Source: a virus
IMG/VR virus record: IMGVR_UViG_3300030118_002460
Span: 1 to 64,000 of that record
Direction: 5' to 3' (one strand)
Length of the DNA stretch: 64,000 nucleotides
Part shown: positions 1-11,100 of the stretch, in pieces
How the letters are laid out: each line of letters opens with the position of its first letter
Position numbering within the stretch: position 1 is the stretch's first letter
Position numbers and translations under genes: made by a program
Notes under the pieces: generated by a model
The model's input: the letters and a program-made list of their open reading frames with translations, nothing else
Told to the model about the DNA's origin: nothing
The model's database searches: none

Positions 1-50
1 CCCCTACGAAAAAAGGCATACTTCCCTAACCTACAAAAGTATATTCCTCT

Positions 51-75
51 GAGACCTATTGAAGTCTCTTTTTTT
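51..75 (+). terminator. Possible intrinsic terminator
   Basis: GAGAC-N8-GTCTC stem followed by T7; short stem. Confidence 0.35.
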
Positions 76-121
76 GTGCCTGAGAGGTGCCTCTATATAA
101 TTCAAAAAGTAAAACAAAGGT

Positions 122-343
122 ATGAAAAAAATTGCCCCAGAAAAATTGCTCCCTGAAAAGGTTTTTCACATTTACCTGAAAGATCAGTGCCTGGTTCCCA
201 ATGTACCAGAAGAACAATTCAGAGAAAAGTGGACTGAACTGCAAGGGATGGTGGGGTTAATGAAAACTGAGTATGAACTTGAAGATTTGTCATATGAATT
301 GGTAGAGAGAACCCCACCAAGTAATGAAGAGGATTCATATTGA
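122..343 (+). CDS. Hypothetical phage protein (73 aa)
   Basis: ORF on the coding strand, acidic C-terminus, ends at the next promoter. Confidence 0.6.
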   Translation: MKKIAPEKLLPEKVFHIYLKDQCLVPNVPEEQFREKWTELQGMVGLMKTEYELEDLSYELVERTPPSNEEDSY

Positions 344-368
344 CATCTCATACATACTGAGATATAAT
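340..368 (+). promoter_or_regulatory. Consensus sigma70-type (early) promoter
   Basis: TTGACA (340-345), 17 bp spacer, TATAAT (363-368). Confidence 0.85.
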
Positions 369-391
369 TGAGTGGTAGTGAATTATCAATC

Positions 392-1165
392 ATGGCAAAA
401 GGATTTACTGTAAAAGCACAGAAACCCAAGGAGAAGAAACCAGAGTGGGATTATGATGCTATCAAAGCAAGGATGAAGGGAAAGGCAATTGTATTCTGTT
501 TGCCTGGAAGGGGGTGCAGTTATACATTCATGAAGAACTTTGTACAACTGTGCTTTGATCTAGTACAGAATGGAATGAGTATCCAAATCAGTCAGGACTA
601 TTCTTCCATGGTTAACTTTGCAAGATGCAAGTGCCTGGGGGCAAATGTATTGCGTGGACCTGATCAGAAACCTTGGGATGGTCAGTTGAATTATGATTAT
701 CAGTTGTGGATTGATAGTGATATTGTATTTGACAGTGCAAAGTTCTGGCAACTGTGTGATATGGCAATTGCAGAAGATGGTACACAGAGAGAGATTGTAG
801 CAGGTTGGTATTCCACTGAGGATGGTAGAACTACATCTGTTGCACACTGGTTGGATGAAGATGATTTCAGGAATAATGGTGGTGTCATGAATCATGAGAT
901 GGTTGATGGTATTACTAAGCGTAAGAAACCATTCACTGTGGATTACACAGGGTTTGGATGGGTGATGATTCAGAATGGTGTATTTGAGAATGAGAAGATG
1001 AAGTATCCTTGGTTTGCTCCCAAGATGCAAGTCTTTGAATCTGGTGCAGTACAGGATATGTGTGGAGAGGATGTTTCATTCTGTCTTGATGCTATTGAGG
1101 CAGGATATGACATCTGGTGTGATCCTAGGGTCAGAGTTGGTCATGAAAAGACAAGAGTTATTTGA
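392..1165 (+). CDS. GT-A fold (GT2-like) glycosyltransferase
   Basis: DxD motif in YQLWIDSDIVF, TGFGWVMI, GEDVSFC, VGHEK; start moved to ATG 392 because the track start at 368 lies inside the -10 box. Confidence 0.75.
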   Translation: MAKGFTVKAQKPKEKKPEWDYDAIKARMKGKAIVFCLPGRGCSYTFMKNFVQLCFDLVQNGMSIQISQDYSSMVNFARCKCLGANVLRGPDQKPWDGQLNYDYQLWIDSDIVFDSAKFWQLCDMAIAEDGTQREIVAGWYSTEDGRTTSVAHWLDEDDFRNNGGVMNHEMVDGITKRKKPFTVDYTGFGWVMIQNGVFENEKMKYPWFAPKMQVFESGAVQDMCGEDVSFCLDAIEAGYDIWCDPRVRVGHEKTRVI

Positions 1166-1177
1166 TAGGAGGTTATT

Positions 1178-1327
1178 ATGGCAAAAGTAAAGAAGTCACT
1201 GCAAGGCACAGCATTCATTGAATCCAGACCCAAGAAGTCTAGACAGGGGCAGGGGAAACATACAAAGTATGCTGCATCCAGCAGCAATACAGCAAAGAAG
1301 CGTTATAGGGGTCAAGGCAGAGGATGA
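1178..1327 (+). CDS. Small Lys/Arg-rich protein (49 aa; not in ORF track)
   Basis: AGGAGG RBS at 1167; MAKVKKSLQGTAFIESRPKKSRQGQGKHTKYAASSSNTAKKRYRGQGRG; ATGA overlap with next gene. Confidence 0.75.
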   Translation: MAKVKKSLQGTAFIESRPKKSRQGQGKHTKYAASSSNTAKKRYRGQGRG

Positions 1328-1698
1328 GTTTCTCCTTGTCACTATACACCTACCTCTCACCTTCTAAGGTTTGTGATGGGGTGGGTGTTTTTTCTTTGGT
1401 ACATATACCTGCTGATACTTTGATCTTTAAATCAAAAAATGCGCAAAAAATCCGCTGGGGGGAAGTCCCAGAGGAAGTGAGAGGGGCAATGAGAAACTTG
1501 ACTTATTATGATAAGGATGGTTTCTGGGTTGATGATGACCTGGATAGACTAGGTGCTCAATATTATATTAACCACTCACTTACACCTAATGTGTCCTATA
1601 ATAAGGACAATGGTTGTCTTTATGCTACTAGGGACATCAAACCTCATGAAGAACTACTAGACTACTACTATCCCAATGAGAGAGAATGGCTTACTTAA
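1324..1698 (+). CDS. SET-domain protein (putative protein-lysine methyltransferase)
   Basis: SET motifs GVGVF, YINHSLTPNV, ATRDIKPHEELLDYY. Confidence 0.8.
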   Translation: MSFSLSLYTYLSPSKVCDGVGVFSLVHIPADTLIFKSKNAQKIRWGEVPEEVRGAMRNLTYYDKDGFWVDDDLDRLGAQYYINHSLTPNVSYNKDNGCLYATRDIKPHEELLDYYYPNEREWLT

Positions 1699-2360
1699 AT
1701 CACAGTTTACCTGATTGGTCTTGTTACATTCGTAATGAGTTCCTGTTTAATCACAAGAAAGGGCATGGGGAATTCACTAGATGTGATGTTCACTCTGTTG
1801 CTAGTATGGAGAAACGTGTCCCTCTGTTTGAGGCATTTCTGGAAAATGGAGTCAACTGGACACGTAGACCTCTTCATGCCTTTTGCTGGCATACTGATGC
1901 CCCTCTGGAACCATTAGAGGACATTATGTACTGGGACTGCTTCTCTCCTTATGTTGATGTACAAAGGAGACATAGATTAGCAGGTCTTGAAGCAGAACTG
2001 ATTCGTCCTGACAATAAGAAAGTCAAAGGGTCTTATATGTGGACTTTGGACTGGTCATGGGAGAACAAGAGTGTGCCTGACTTGAACTTCTCTGAAACAC
2101 CAGAACATAAGTGTGCCCATTTGTTCAAGATGGACAATGGTAACTATTATGCATATCCTAATAATAGAATCATCTGGTATGATAATGCATGGACCTTCAA
2201 CAGGATTGATAAGAACCCTGGATATGAGATTGACCTTACAGTGTATAGTGTAGAAAACAAGCGAAGGATTGAAACATCAGATCATTACATGTATGAGGTT
2301 ACTCAATTAGACAATGAAGTTATGGCTCAACAAATAGATAGTAAAGTAATGAGAGGTTAA
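1686..2360 (+). CDS. Conserved hypothetical cyanophage protein
   Basis: 224-aa ORF overlapping the SET gene; Trp/Cys/His-rich (WDCFS, EHKCAH, YPNNRI). Confidence 0.7.
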   Translation: MAYLNHSLPDWSCYIRNEFLFNHKKGHGEFTRCDVHSVASMEKRVPLFEAFLENGVNWTRRPLHAFCWHTDAPLEPLEDIMYWDCFSPYVDVQRRHRLAGLEAELIRPDNKKVKGSYMWTLDWSWENKSVPDLNFSETPEHKCAHLFKMDNGNYYAYPNNRIIWYDNAWTFNRIDKNPGYEIDLTVYSVENKRRIETSDHYMYEVTQLDNEVMAQQIDSKVMRG

Positions 2361-2361
2361 C

Positions 2362-2550
2362 ATGCATGATTTTCTGGACAACCTAGCAAATGATCAGCAT
2401 CAGAAGATGTTGCGTGAGATTGCTAATGATGGTCTCACTCCAAAAAACAGGGTGAAAAGAAATACTGATGGTTTATTTGAAACCACTGATTGTTCTCATC
2501 CTGACCATGAATGTACCTGTGGTCAGAAGAATATATTAATTGAAGATTAG
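2362..2550 (+). CDS. Hypothetical protein (62 aa)
   Basis: Starts 1 nt after the previous stop; CSHPDHECTC cluster. Confidence 0.6.
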   Translation: MHDFLDNLANDQHQKMLREIANDGLTPKNRVKRNTDGLFETTDCSHPDHECTCGQKNILIED

Positions 2551-2555
2551 TGTAC

Positions 2556-2561
2556 TAAATA
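2556..2561 (+). promoter_or_regulatory. T4-type late promoter core
   Basis: TAAATA just upstream of gp25. Confidence 0.6.
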
Positions 2562-2582
2562 AGGTAGAATTCTTGTACCATT

Positions 2583-2984
2583 GTGCCTGTTCAAAGGGTC
2601 AGTAAACCATTTAAGGATATAAGTGCTACATTTCAGATCAATCCAGTTAATCGCGACTTGATTGGATTGACTAATGCAAATGCTATTGCACGCTCTGTCC
2701 GTAACCTGGTTTTAACTGGTCCTGGTGAAAGACCCTTTGCTCCTGCATTAGGGTCTCAGGTCAATCAACTCTTATTTGATGTTGTTGATTCTCTCACTGC
2801 AAAAAATATTGATTTTGAAATTAGAAATACTATTGAAAATTATGAACCCAGAGTTGAACTGATTGATGTCATTGTCAAACCAAATGCTGATAACAATGCA
2901 TTTGACGTGAAGATTCAGTATGAAATTATTGGTATTAATGCACAACAACAAGAACTCACCTTTGCATTAGAACCCACTAGGTAA
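2583..2984 (+). CDS. gp25: Baseplate wedge subunit gp25
   Basis: GERPFAPALGS and IENYEPRV motifs; synteny with gp6. Confidence 0.9.
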   Translation: MPVQRVSKPFKDISATFQINPVNRDLIGLTNANAIARSVRNLVLTGPGERPFAPALGSQVNQLLFDVVDSLTAKNIDFEIRNTIENYEPRVELIDVIVKPNADNNAFDVKIQYEIIGINAQQQELTFALEPTR

Positions 2985-5165
2985 ATGCCTTTAGTTAATT
3001 TCAGCAACTTAGATTTTGATCAGATAAAAACGTCCATCAAGGACTACCTTCGTGCGAACTCAAACTTCACTGATTATGATTATGAAGGATCTAATCTATC
3101 TACCATTATAGACGTCCTTGCCTATAACACTTATATCACCTCATATAACGCCAATATGGTGACTAATGAGGTGTTCATTGATGGAGCAACATTGAGAGAG
3201 AATGTTGTTTCATTAGCAAGAAACATAGGTTATGTGCCTAAGTCAAGGAATGCATCAAAGTCAAAGATATCCTTCACTGTTGATACAACAGGCACCACAG
3301 CAGTTGCTGTGACCCTTAGGAGAGGCATTGTAGCAACATCCTCCAATAGGTTCACAAACACATCTTTTGTGTTCTCTATCCCTGATGACATCACAGTTCC
3401 AGTGGATAGTAATAATCTTGCACTGTTTAATGCTATTGATGTTTATGAGGGCACACACCTCACACAGACATTTAATGTAAGTTCCAGGACACCTAATCAG
3501 AAGTATATCCTCAAGAACAGTGGAATTGATACTGATCTGATTACTGTATCAGTAAGAGAGTCTCCCACATCAACTATTACAAGAGTTTACAAACAGTTCA
3601 ATAGTTTGTATGAAGTAGATGATAAGTCACCAGTCTATTTCCTGCAAGAAATTAATGATGAGAGATATGAACTGTTGTTTGGTGATGGTATATTTGGTAT
3701 CAAGTTGCAGGAACCTAATGTTGTAGAAGTAGGTTATATTACATCAGGTGGTGAAACTGGTAATGGTATTAATGAATTTACCTTTGCTGGTCAATTAGTA
3801 GATAACAATGGTGCTCCTATTACTAGTGGCATTTCACTGATTAATGCAGATCAAACATCCTTTGGTGGTTCTGCTATTGAATCTGTTGAGTCTATCAAGA
3901 AGAATGCTCCACAGATCTATGCATCACAGAATCGTGCTGTGACAGCAGCAGACTATGAGGTATTGATTCCTAGAATTTATCCTGAAGCAGAATCTGTTTC
4001 TGCTTTTGGTGGTGAGGAACTTTCACCTCCACAGTATGGTAAGGTCTTTATCAGTGTGAAACCAGAGAATGGTGTTCACCTTTCCACTACTATTAAAGAA
4101 GATATTAGCAGAGAACTGAGGAAGTTCTCTGTTGCAGGTATTGTAAGTGAAATTGTTGACCTGAAGTATCTGTATATTGAGACTGACTCTTATGTTTATT
4201 ACAATGAGAACAAGGCACCTTCTTCCAGTGTAGTTCAATCATTAGTCACTAGTAACATTGGTGCTTATGCTAGATCCACTGAGATGAATAAGTTTGGTGC
4301 TAGATTTAAGTATTCCAAGTATCAGAAGATTATTGATGATACTCATCAGTCTATCACATCTAACATCACCACAGTTCAGATCAGAAGGGATATGGAACCT
4401 GCTCTGAATGCATTTGCAGAGTATGAACTTTGCTTTGGTAATAGATTCTTTATTAAGAACCATGGACATGGAACTCATGGTGGGCAGATTGGATTCAATA
4501 TTAAGTCATCTGCATTTAGAGTAAGTGGTATTGCTGATACACTATACCTGGGTGATAGTCCTGACAAGACTCTTGCAAAGGGTAGATTGTTCTTGTTCAA
4601 ACTTAATTCAGCAACTGAACCAGTCATTGTAAAACAAAATGTTGGAATGATTGATTATCTTAAAGGTGAACTCAAATTGAACCCAATTAAGTTCGTTTCT
4701 ACTAGCGTAAATAGAGGCACACCCCTTATTGAAGTATCTGCTGTCCCATATTCAAATGATGTTATAGGTCTCCAAGATCTGTATTTGCAACTAGACACAA
4801 ATAATGTTTCAGTCAGTGCTGTATCAGATCAAATTGCATCTGGAGATGATATCTCAGGTAGTAATTACATTGTAACTTCCAGTTACTCAAATGGCTCCCT
4901 GGTCAGAGGAACACCCATCTTAACAGTCAAGAAACCCACAGCAGCTGATACTGACACTACATTGCTTGCAGATGCAACAGATGTTGATAGAACCACAAGA
5001 GTTACTGTCACAACTGGCACAGCAGGTCAATCACAGTCAACTGTCTACACAACAACTTCTAATACTGCAACAAACACAAGCAGTACTACTAGTAGCACTC
5101 CCTCTGGTGGCAGTTCTTCATCTGGTGGCAGTTCTTCATCATCGCCCACTTCATACTCCTATTAA
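2985..5165 (+). CDS. gp6: Baseplate wedge subunit gp6 with Ser/Thr-rich C-terminal tail
   Basis: LDFDQIK, DYDYEGS, LARNIGYVP, FGDGIFG, QNRAVTAADY. Confidence 0.92.
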   Translation: MPLVNFSNLDFDQIKTSIKDYLRANSNFTDYDYEGSNLSTIIDVLAYNTYITSYNANMVTNEVFIDGATLRENVVSLARNIGYVPKSRNASKSKISFTVDTTGTTAVAVTLRRGIVATSSNRFTNTSFVFSIPDDITVPVDSNNLALFNAIDVYEGTHLTQTFNVSSRTPNQKYILKNSGIDTDLITVSVRESPTSTITRVYKQFNSLYEVDDKSPVYFLQEINDERYELLFGDGIFGIKLQEPNVVEVGYITSGGETGNGINEFTFAGQLVDNNGAPITSGISLINADQTSFGGSAIESVESIKKNAPQIYASQNRAVTAADYEVLIPRIYPEAESVSAFGGEELSPPQYGKVFISVKPENGVHLSTTIKEDISRELRKFSVAGIVSEIVDLKYLYIETDSYVYYNENKAPSSSVVQSLVTSNIGAYARSTEMNKFGARFKYSKYQKIIDDTHQSITSNITTVQIRRDMEPALNAFAEYELCFGNRFFIKNHGHGTHGGQIGFNIKSSAFRVSGIADTLYLGDSPDKTLAKGRLFLFKLNSATEPVIVKQNVGMIDYLKGELKLNPIKFVSTSVNRGTPLIEVSAVPYSNDVIGLQDLYLQLDTNNVSVSAVSDQIASGDDISGSNYIVTSSYSNGSLVRGTPILTVKKPTAADTDTTLLADATDVDRTTRVTVTTGTAGQSQSTVYTTTSNTATNTSSTTSSTPSGGSSSSGGSSSSSPTSYSY
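5103..5138 (+). repeat. 18-bp tandem duplication in the gp6 tail
   Basis: TCTGGTGGCAGTTCTTCA x2, encoding SGGSSS x2. Confidence 0.9.
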
Positions 5166-5170
5166 GATAA

Positions 5171-8100
5171 ATGGCAGTAGATAGAGTTAAGTTCCAGGAT
5201 ATAGTTGCGAGTCAAGTCCCTGATTTTGTAAAGGATGACTTTCCACTCCTTGTTGACTTTTTAAAGGAGTATTACGTATCACAAGAATTTAAAAGTGGAA
5301 CATATGATTTGATCCAAAATTTGGATCAGTATGTTAAGGTTGATCAACTATACAATATCAAGAATTCTACTGTCCTCAGAGAGGATATTGACTTTCTTGC
5401 TACAACCATCATCACATCTGCTGATGGTAATTTTACTGATGGATTCCCAGATACTAATGGTCTTCTTCAAATTGATGAAGAAATCATTCTGTACCAGTCC
5501 AAGACAGATACCACTTTTGAGGGGTGCGTAAGGGGTTTCAGTGGGGTTACAGACTACACTGGGACCAATACCCCTGATCAACTGACATTTAAGGAATCAC
5601 TCTCTGCTGATCACAAAAAGGGTGCAACTATTGTCAACCTGAATGTAAAATTTCTGCAAGAGTTCTTTTCAAGAATTAAGACACAGTTTGTTCCTGGTTT
5701 TTCTGAAAGAACTCTTTTCCAAGGATTGGACCAGAGAAACTTTATCTACAATGCTGACAGTTTCTACAAATCAAAAGGAACAGATCAATCATTTGAGATT
5801 TTGTTCAGAGCATTGTATGGTGTAGATGTAGAAGTTGTCAAACCCAGTAAGTTTCTGTTCAAACCATCTGATGCTGATTATAGACTTACAGAAGACTATG
5901 TGATTGAGGGTTATACTGGTGATCCTCTTGAACTTAAAAATCTTACTTTCTACCAGGATTCCACTCAGGCAAGAGGAACTGTAACTAATGTAGAGAAGAT
6001 TGACTATGCTGATGGAGACTTTTATCAGATTGCAATTGACTATGGATATCAAAGAGACACCAATGTAGATGGGACAATCTATGGTAAATTCTCACCAAAT
6101 CCTAAAACTAAGATCATCAACAATGTATCAGTGGGTTCAACTGTAATTGATGTTGACTCAACAGTAAGCTTCCCACAGTCAGGCACACTGGTGTTGACTG
6201 ATGTTGATGGTGATGATTTTGAATTGGTATATCAGGACAAGACTCTTACCCAATTCCTTGGTGTAACCACCACAACATCTTCCTTTGAATCAGCAGGTGA
6301 TATTTGTCTGGATGGTTATGGTTACGCCATAGGTCCAAATGGTAGGATTGAAGTAAAGATTATTACAACTCTCACTAACCTGAGACTGGATAGCAATACA
6401 TTTTTCTTCAAGAAAGATGATACTATCAATATTAAATCAATTGGTCTTGAATCCAAGCAAGAGAAATCAGAGGATTGGTATTACAATGTAAAGACACATT
6501 GGATTGTAAAAGAATTTACACTAATTGATGCCACTCAGAAAACATATAATATTAAAACCTTTGACAATCAGTTTATCCAACCTGGTTACAGGTTAATTGT
6601 GAAAAGCACTGCTGGTGATACAAGAACACTGACTGTTGATAATTGCCTTTCTAAAACTGAGTTTGTTGCTGTACTTTCTGACATCATTCTTCCAGAAGAC
6701 CTCAAACTGATTTGGACACTTGAAAATCAGATCCTCAAAGGTGTATCCACCAAATATAATGAAATCAATAATATCAATGCTAATGTTCTCAATACCTATG
6801 AGAAGTTTGATGGCAGTTTCCTTGTAGCGTCTAACTCCATTCCTAACTATTCTGGTGCAACTGATCCATTTGGTAGAAAAATTATATTCAGTGGAACTGC
6901 GAATGGTGATAATCTAGTCCTTGCTCCTAATGGAGATCATGGATTCTATACTGGTGATGCAGTTTATTATAGTCCTAAGACAATCATTCAAACCATTACC
7001 ACACCTAATGGTTTCTCATATGATGTTACATCTCTGAGTGGATTTGATAATCTGAATGAAGGAGTTTACTACATCAAGAGAATCAGTGCAACCACTGTCA
7101 AACTTGCTAGAAGCACATCAGATATCTTCAATAATAGATTCCTTATTCCCACTGGAACTGTAACTAACAATGAGTTTTGTTACTATGACTTCTATCAGAA
7201 GAATGTTTCTCCACAGAAGATTTACAGAGAAGTCAATGACCCCTCTCCACAAGTTGGTCAGTATTTAACTGCTGCTGGTTACAATGGTATTTTGGTCAAT
7301 GGTGTTGAATTGATCAACTATAAGTCATTTGATACCATTTTCTATGGTGGCATTAAAACATTTGACATCAATAATAGAGGTCAGGGTTATGATGTAGTCA
7401 ACCCACCTAAGATTAATGTCACTGATAACATTGGTACAGGAGCAACAGGAACAGTTGCAGTAGAGGGATCTCTTAGAGAGATCAGAGTTATTGATAGTGG
7501 ATTTGACTATACTGATGATCCTATTGTAGTTATCAGTGGTGGTCAAGGAGAGGATGCATCTGCCAGAATTAATCTTGCTTCTGTTGACCATGAGGTATTG
7601 TTTAATGCTGGTCCTGGTCCCAAGAGTGGATTGAATTTTAGTGCCAACACTGTTGGATTCACCTCTTTCCACAAATTCAGAGATAATGAAAGAATTGTCT
7701 ATGTATCAGATGGTGTTCCTGGTGTCACTGGTCTGACCACTAACGCTGATTATTATGCCAATGTTGTTGATGCATCCACCATCACATTGCACGACAACTA
7801 CAATGATGCTAATGCTGGTATCAATACAGTCAACATTAGTGGTTATGGTATTGGTAATCAAGTATTCAAATCATATGATAGAAAGAAAGTTGTTTCCAAT
7901 ATTGTTGTAGATAATCAGGGTAAAGGATATAAAAACAAAGAAAGACTCATTGTTGGTGTAAACACAGCAGCCAATACATTTACCATTGGTGGTCATGGTT
8001 ATGAAGAGGGTGAAATAATTCAATACACAGCAGGTTCATCTCCTATTGTAGGTCTAGGTGCAACCACAAAGTATTATGTTTGCAAAATTGATAGTGATAC

Positions 8101-11100
8101 CTTTGCACTTTCTGAGGTTGGAACTGGTCAGACTGCAAGAGATTACTTCTACAATAATAAGATTAAGACCAATCTCCTATCAACTGGTAATGGAACATTC
8201 AACTATGAACCCATCACAGTTAGAGTTCAAGGAACAATTGGTGTAAACACAGCAACCAGTCAAGACTTCTCCTGTCAGGTTCAACCCATATTCAGAGGGT
8301 CTATTGATTCAATTGATGTTACAGACCAAGGTGTTGGTTATGGTGCATCAGAGATTCTTAATTTCAACAGACAACCTGTTATCACCTTTAATAGTGGAGA
8401 GGGAGCACTTCTGACCCCTATCATTTCTAATGGTAGAATTATTGAGGTTTTGGTCAATATGGGTGGTGAGGGTTATAATTCTCCACCTAATCTGACAATA
8501 AGTGGAATTGGTTCATTCTGCAGACTGACACCAATCATTGAGAATGGTTCTATCACAGAAGTTAAAGTTATCAGTGGTGGTGCTGGTTATGGTCCTGACA
8601 CTACTGTTCTTGTGCAACCTGCTGGTATTGAGGCATCAGTATTCACAAACATCAATCAATGGACAGTCAACCTCTTTGCTAGAAGTTTCAATAATATCAC
8701 AGATGATGATGGTATCATAGAGACCTCCTTGGATCTAGGTAGTCTGCAATATTCTCATCTATATCCCCCCAGACCTCTCAGAGAAAATTCTTATTCAATT
8801 GATTCAGAGGGAAATACCCTTTACTCTGAAAGAGATCTGCAAAGACAGAATGATATAGAAGTCAATTCCTCAAAACACTCACCAATCCTGGGTTGGGCAT
8901 ATGATGGACATCCAATCTATGGTCCATATGCCTATAACTCACCAGATGGTGGTCCAGTAACCAGAATGAAGTCTAGTTATGAACTAGCAGTTGACACTTC
9001 CAATAGACCACCTGTATCACAGTATAGTGAGGGATTCTTTGTAGAGGATTATGTTTATAGAGAAACAGGTGACCTGGATGAATGCAATGGTAGATTTGCC
9101 ATTACACCTGACTACCCAGAGGGCACCTATGCATACTATACTACTATTGCAGAATTCTCTGATACATTTGGTCCCTTCAATAATTCTAGAAGACCAGTAT
9201 TCCCATATGCAATTGGTAATAGATTCAATTCAAAACCAAATGCATTTAACTATGACTCTTCCTCTAATCATGTAGATTATGACATTCAGAAGAATGAGTG
9301 GTTTAGAAATACTACTCCATATCGTTTGAATTCTTCTTTGAGTGGTTATGATTATATTTTCAACTCTAACTCAATCAAAAAACAAGTGATTGATGTTACA
9401 TCAGCATCTGTTGGTAATATTCAAGGTGTTGGTATTCTCACTGGTGGTAGAGATTATAGAGTTAAAGATCAACTTATCTTTGATAACTCTTTCACCAGTG
9501 GTAAGAATGCTGCTGGTAAGGTTGAGAGAGTCTCTGGTAAGGTTGTAGACAGTGTTAGTGTTGCATCTACACAAGTCTTTGATATTGAGTTTACCCCATT
9601 TGCAGCAAGGGGTGAGTTTGTTGGTTATAGTTCAGTTCCCCACAATCTCTCAAATAATGATATAGTTAATATATCTGGTCTTTCAGAACATTATGATGGA
9701 CTAGATGGTAATTACACGATTGGTATTGGCACAGGTGATTTTGTCCTGCTTACAGCAGTTGGTGATGCAAGTGTAACAGGATTGACCACTTTCCTCAATC
9801 TTGGTGGTGCTCTTCAATATCCTTTTGTCAGACCAGATGATATCATGGTCATTGATAGTGAGAAATTCAAGGTTCTTAATACTGATAGACAGAATCAAAG
9901 ATTGAGAGTCCTGAGGGCACAAGCAGGAACTGCTGCAACATCCCACCTTGCTTTGACTAAGGCATTTAAGGATCCAAGAAGTTTCACAATCACTGCTGGC
10001 ACTGCTAGAACAACTAAGACGCCTAGATTGAATAATGTACTGTACTTCAATCCTGCTGAGTCAGTAGGTTTGGGCACTGTTCTGGGAACAGGTGTTGGAA
10101 CAACTATCACATTCTCTAATCCAGGTGCTGGTGCATCTGTGACAGTTATTCCTCCTCAAGCAATTCTCTATCCTAATCATGGTCTCCTGCTGAATGAGGT
10201 TGTTGAATACTCAACCAATGGTGGTGCTTCTATTGAGGCATGGAATGGTGTGACAGGTTCTTCTTCTACTGTACCCATTACAGGTATGGGAACATTCTTT
10301 GCTGTACCTCTTACAAATAGATTTGTTGGTCTTTCTACCAATAAGGTGGGTATCTCCACCCTTACTGGTAAGTATGTTGGTATCAATAGCACACCAGGTC
10401 TTCTTTTCTTCACAGGAGTTGGCACTGATGTCTATCATAGTCTGAGAACAAAGCGTGCAGATGTCATCAGTGGTGAACTTCAAAAGAATGTAGTAACTGT
10501 ATCAACTGCTTCAACTCATGGTCTCTTTGTCAATGATAGCATCAACTTCAATTTGAAACCAAAAGATGAGGTGGTAGTAAGGGTCAAGTACAATGAATTC
10601 AACAGAAGGATTGTATTTGATTCTCAGTCATTCTTGGCATCTGATGTATCTACATCTGACAACAGCATCACCTTTGCCAATAATATATTCAAAACTGGTG
10701 ATAAAGTAATCTACTCATCAACTACTCCCTCTGGTGGTCTGGTGAATGAGAAGATGTACTACATTGTAGTCCATACCCCTGTAAAGGTCAGACTGGTTGA
10801 GACCAGAGCAGAGATTAAGGCAGTACAACCAAGATTTGTAAACATCACCTCTGCTACTGCTGGAACTCTTTCCAAGGTTAATCCCAGAATTGATATTAGT
10901 AAGAATAATACTCTCAAATTTGACCTGTCAGATCCATCATTGGCATTTGTCTCTAATAATAATCTATATTCTGCATTTGACTTTAATCTTTACTCTGATT
11001 CTTTCTACAGATCACTTTATTTGACATCTGCCAAGAGCAGTGCATTTGAAGTAACCAAGAGTGGACAGGTTGGTATTGATTCAACAGCAAATCTAACTCT

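Noticed and set aside
1-156. Open frame from position 1 (PLRKKAYF...)
   Set aside because: No start visible, runs through a terminator-like hairpin and overlaps the 122 ORF; cannot be supported.
368-391. Track start (TTG) for the glycosyltransferase
   Set aside because: Overlaps the -10 box of the consensus promoter; ATG 392 is more plausible.
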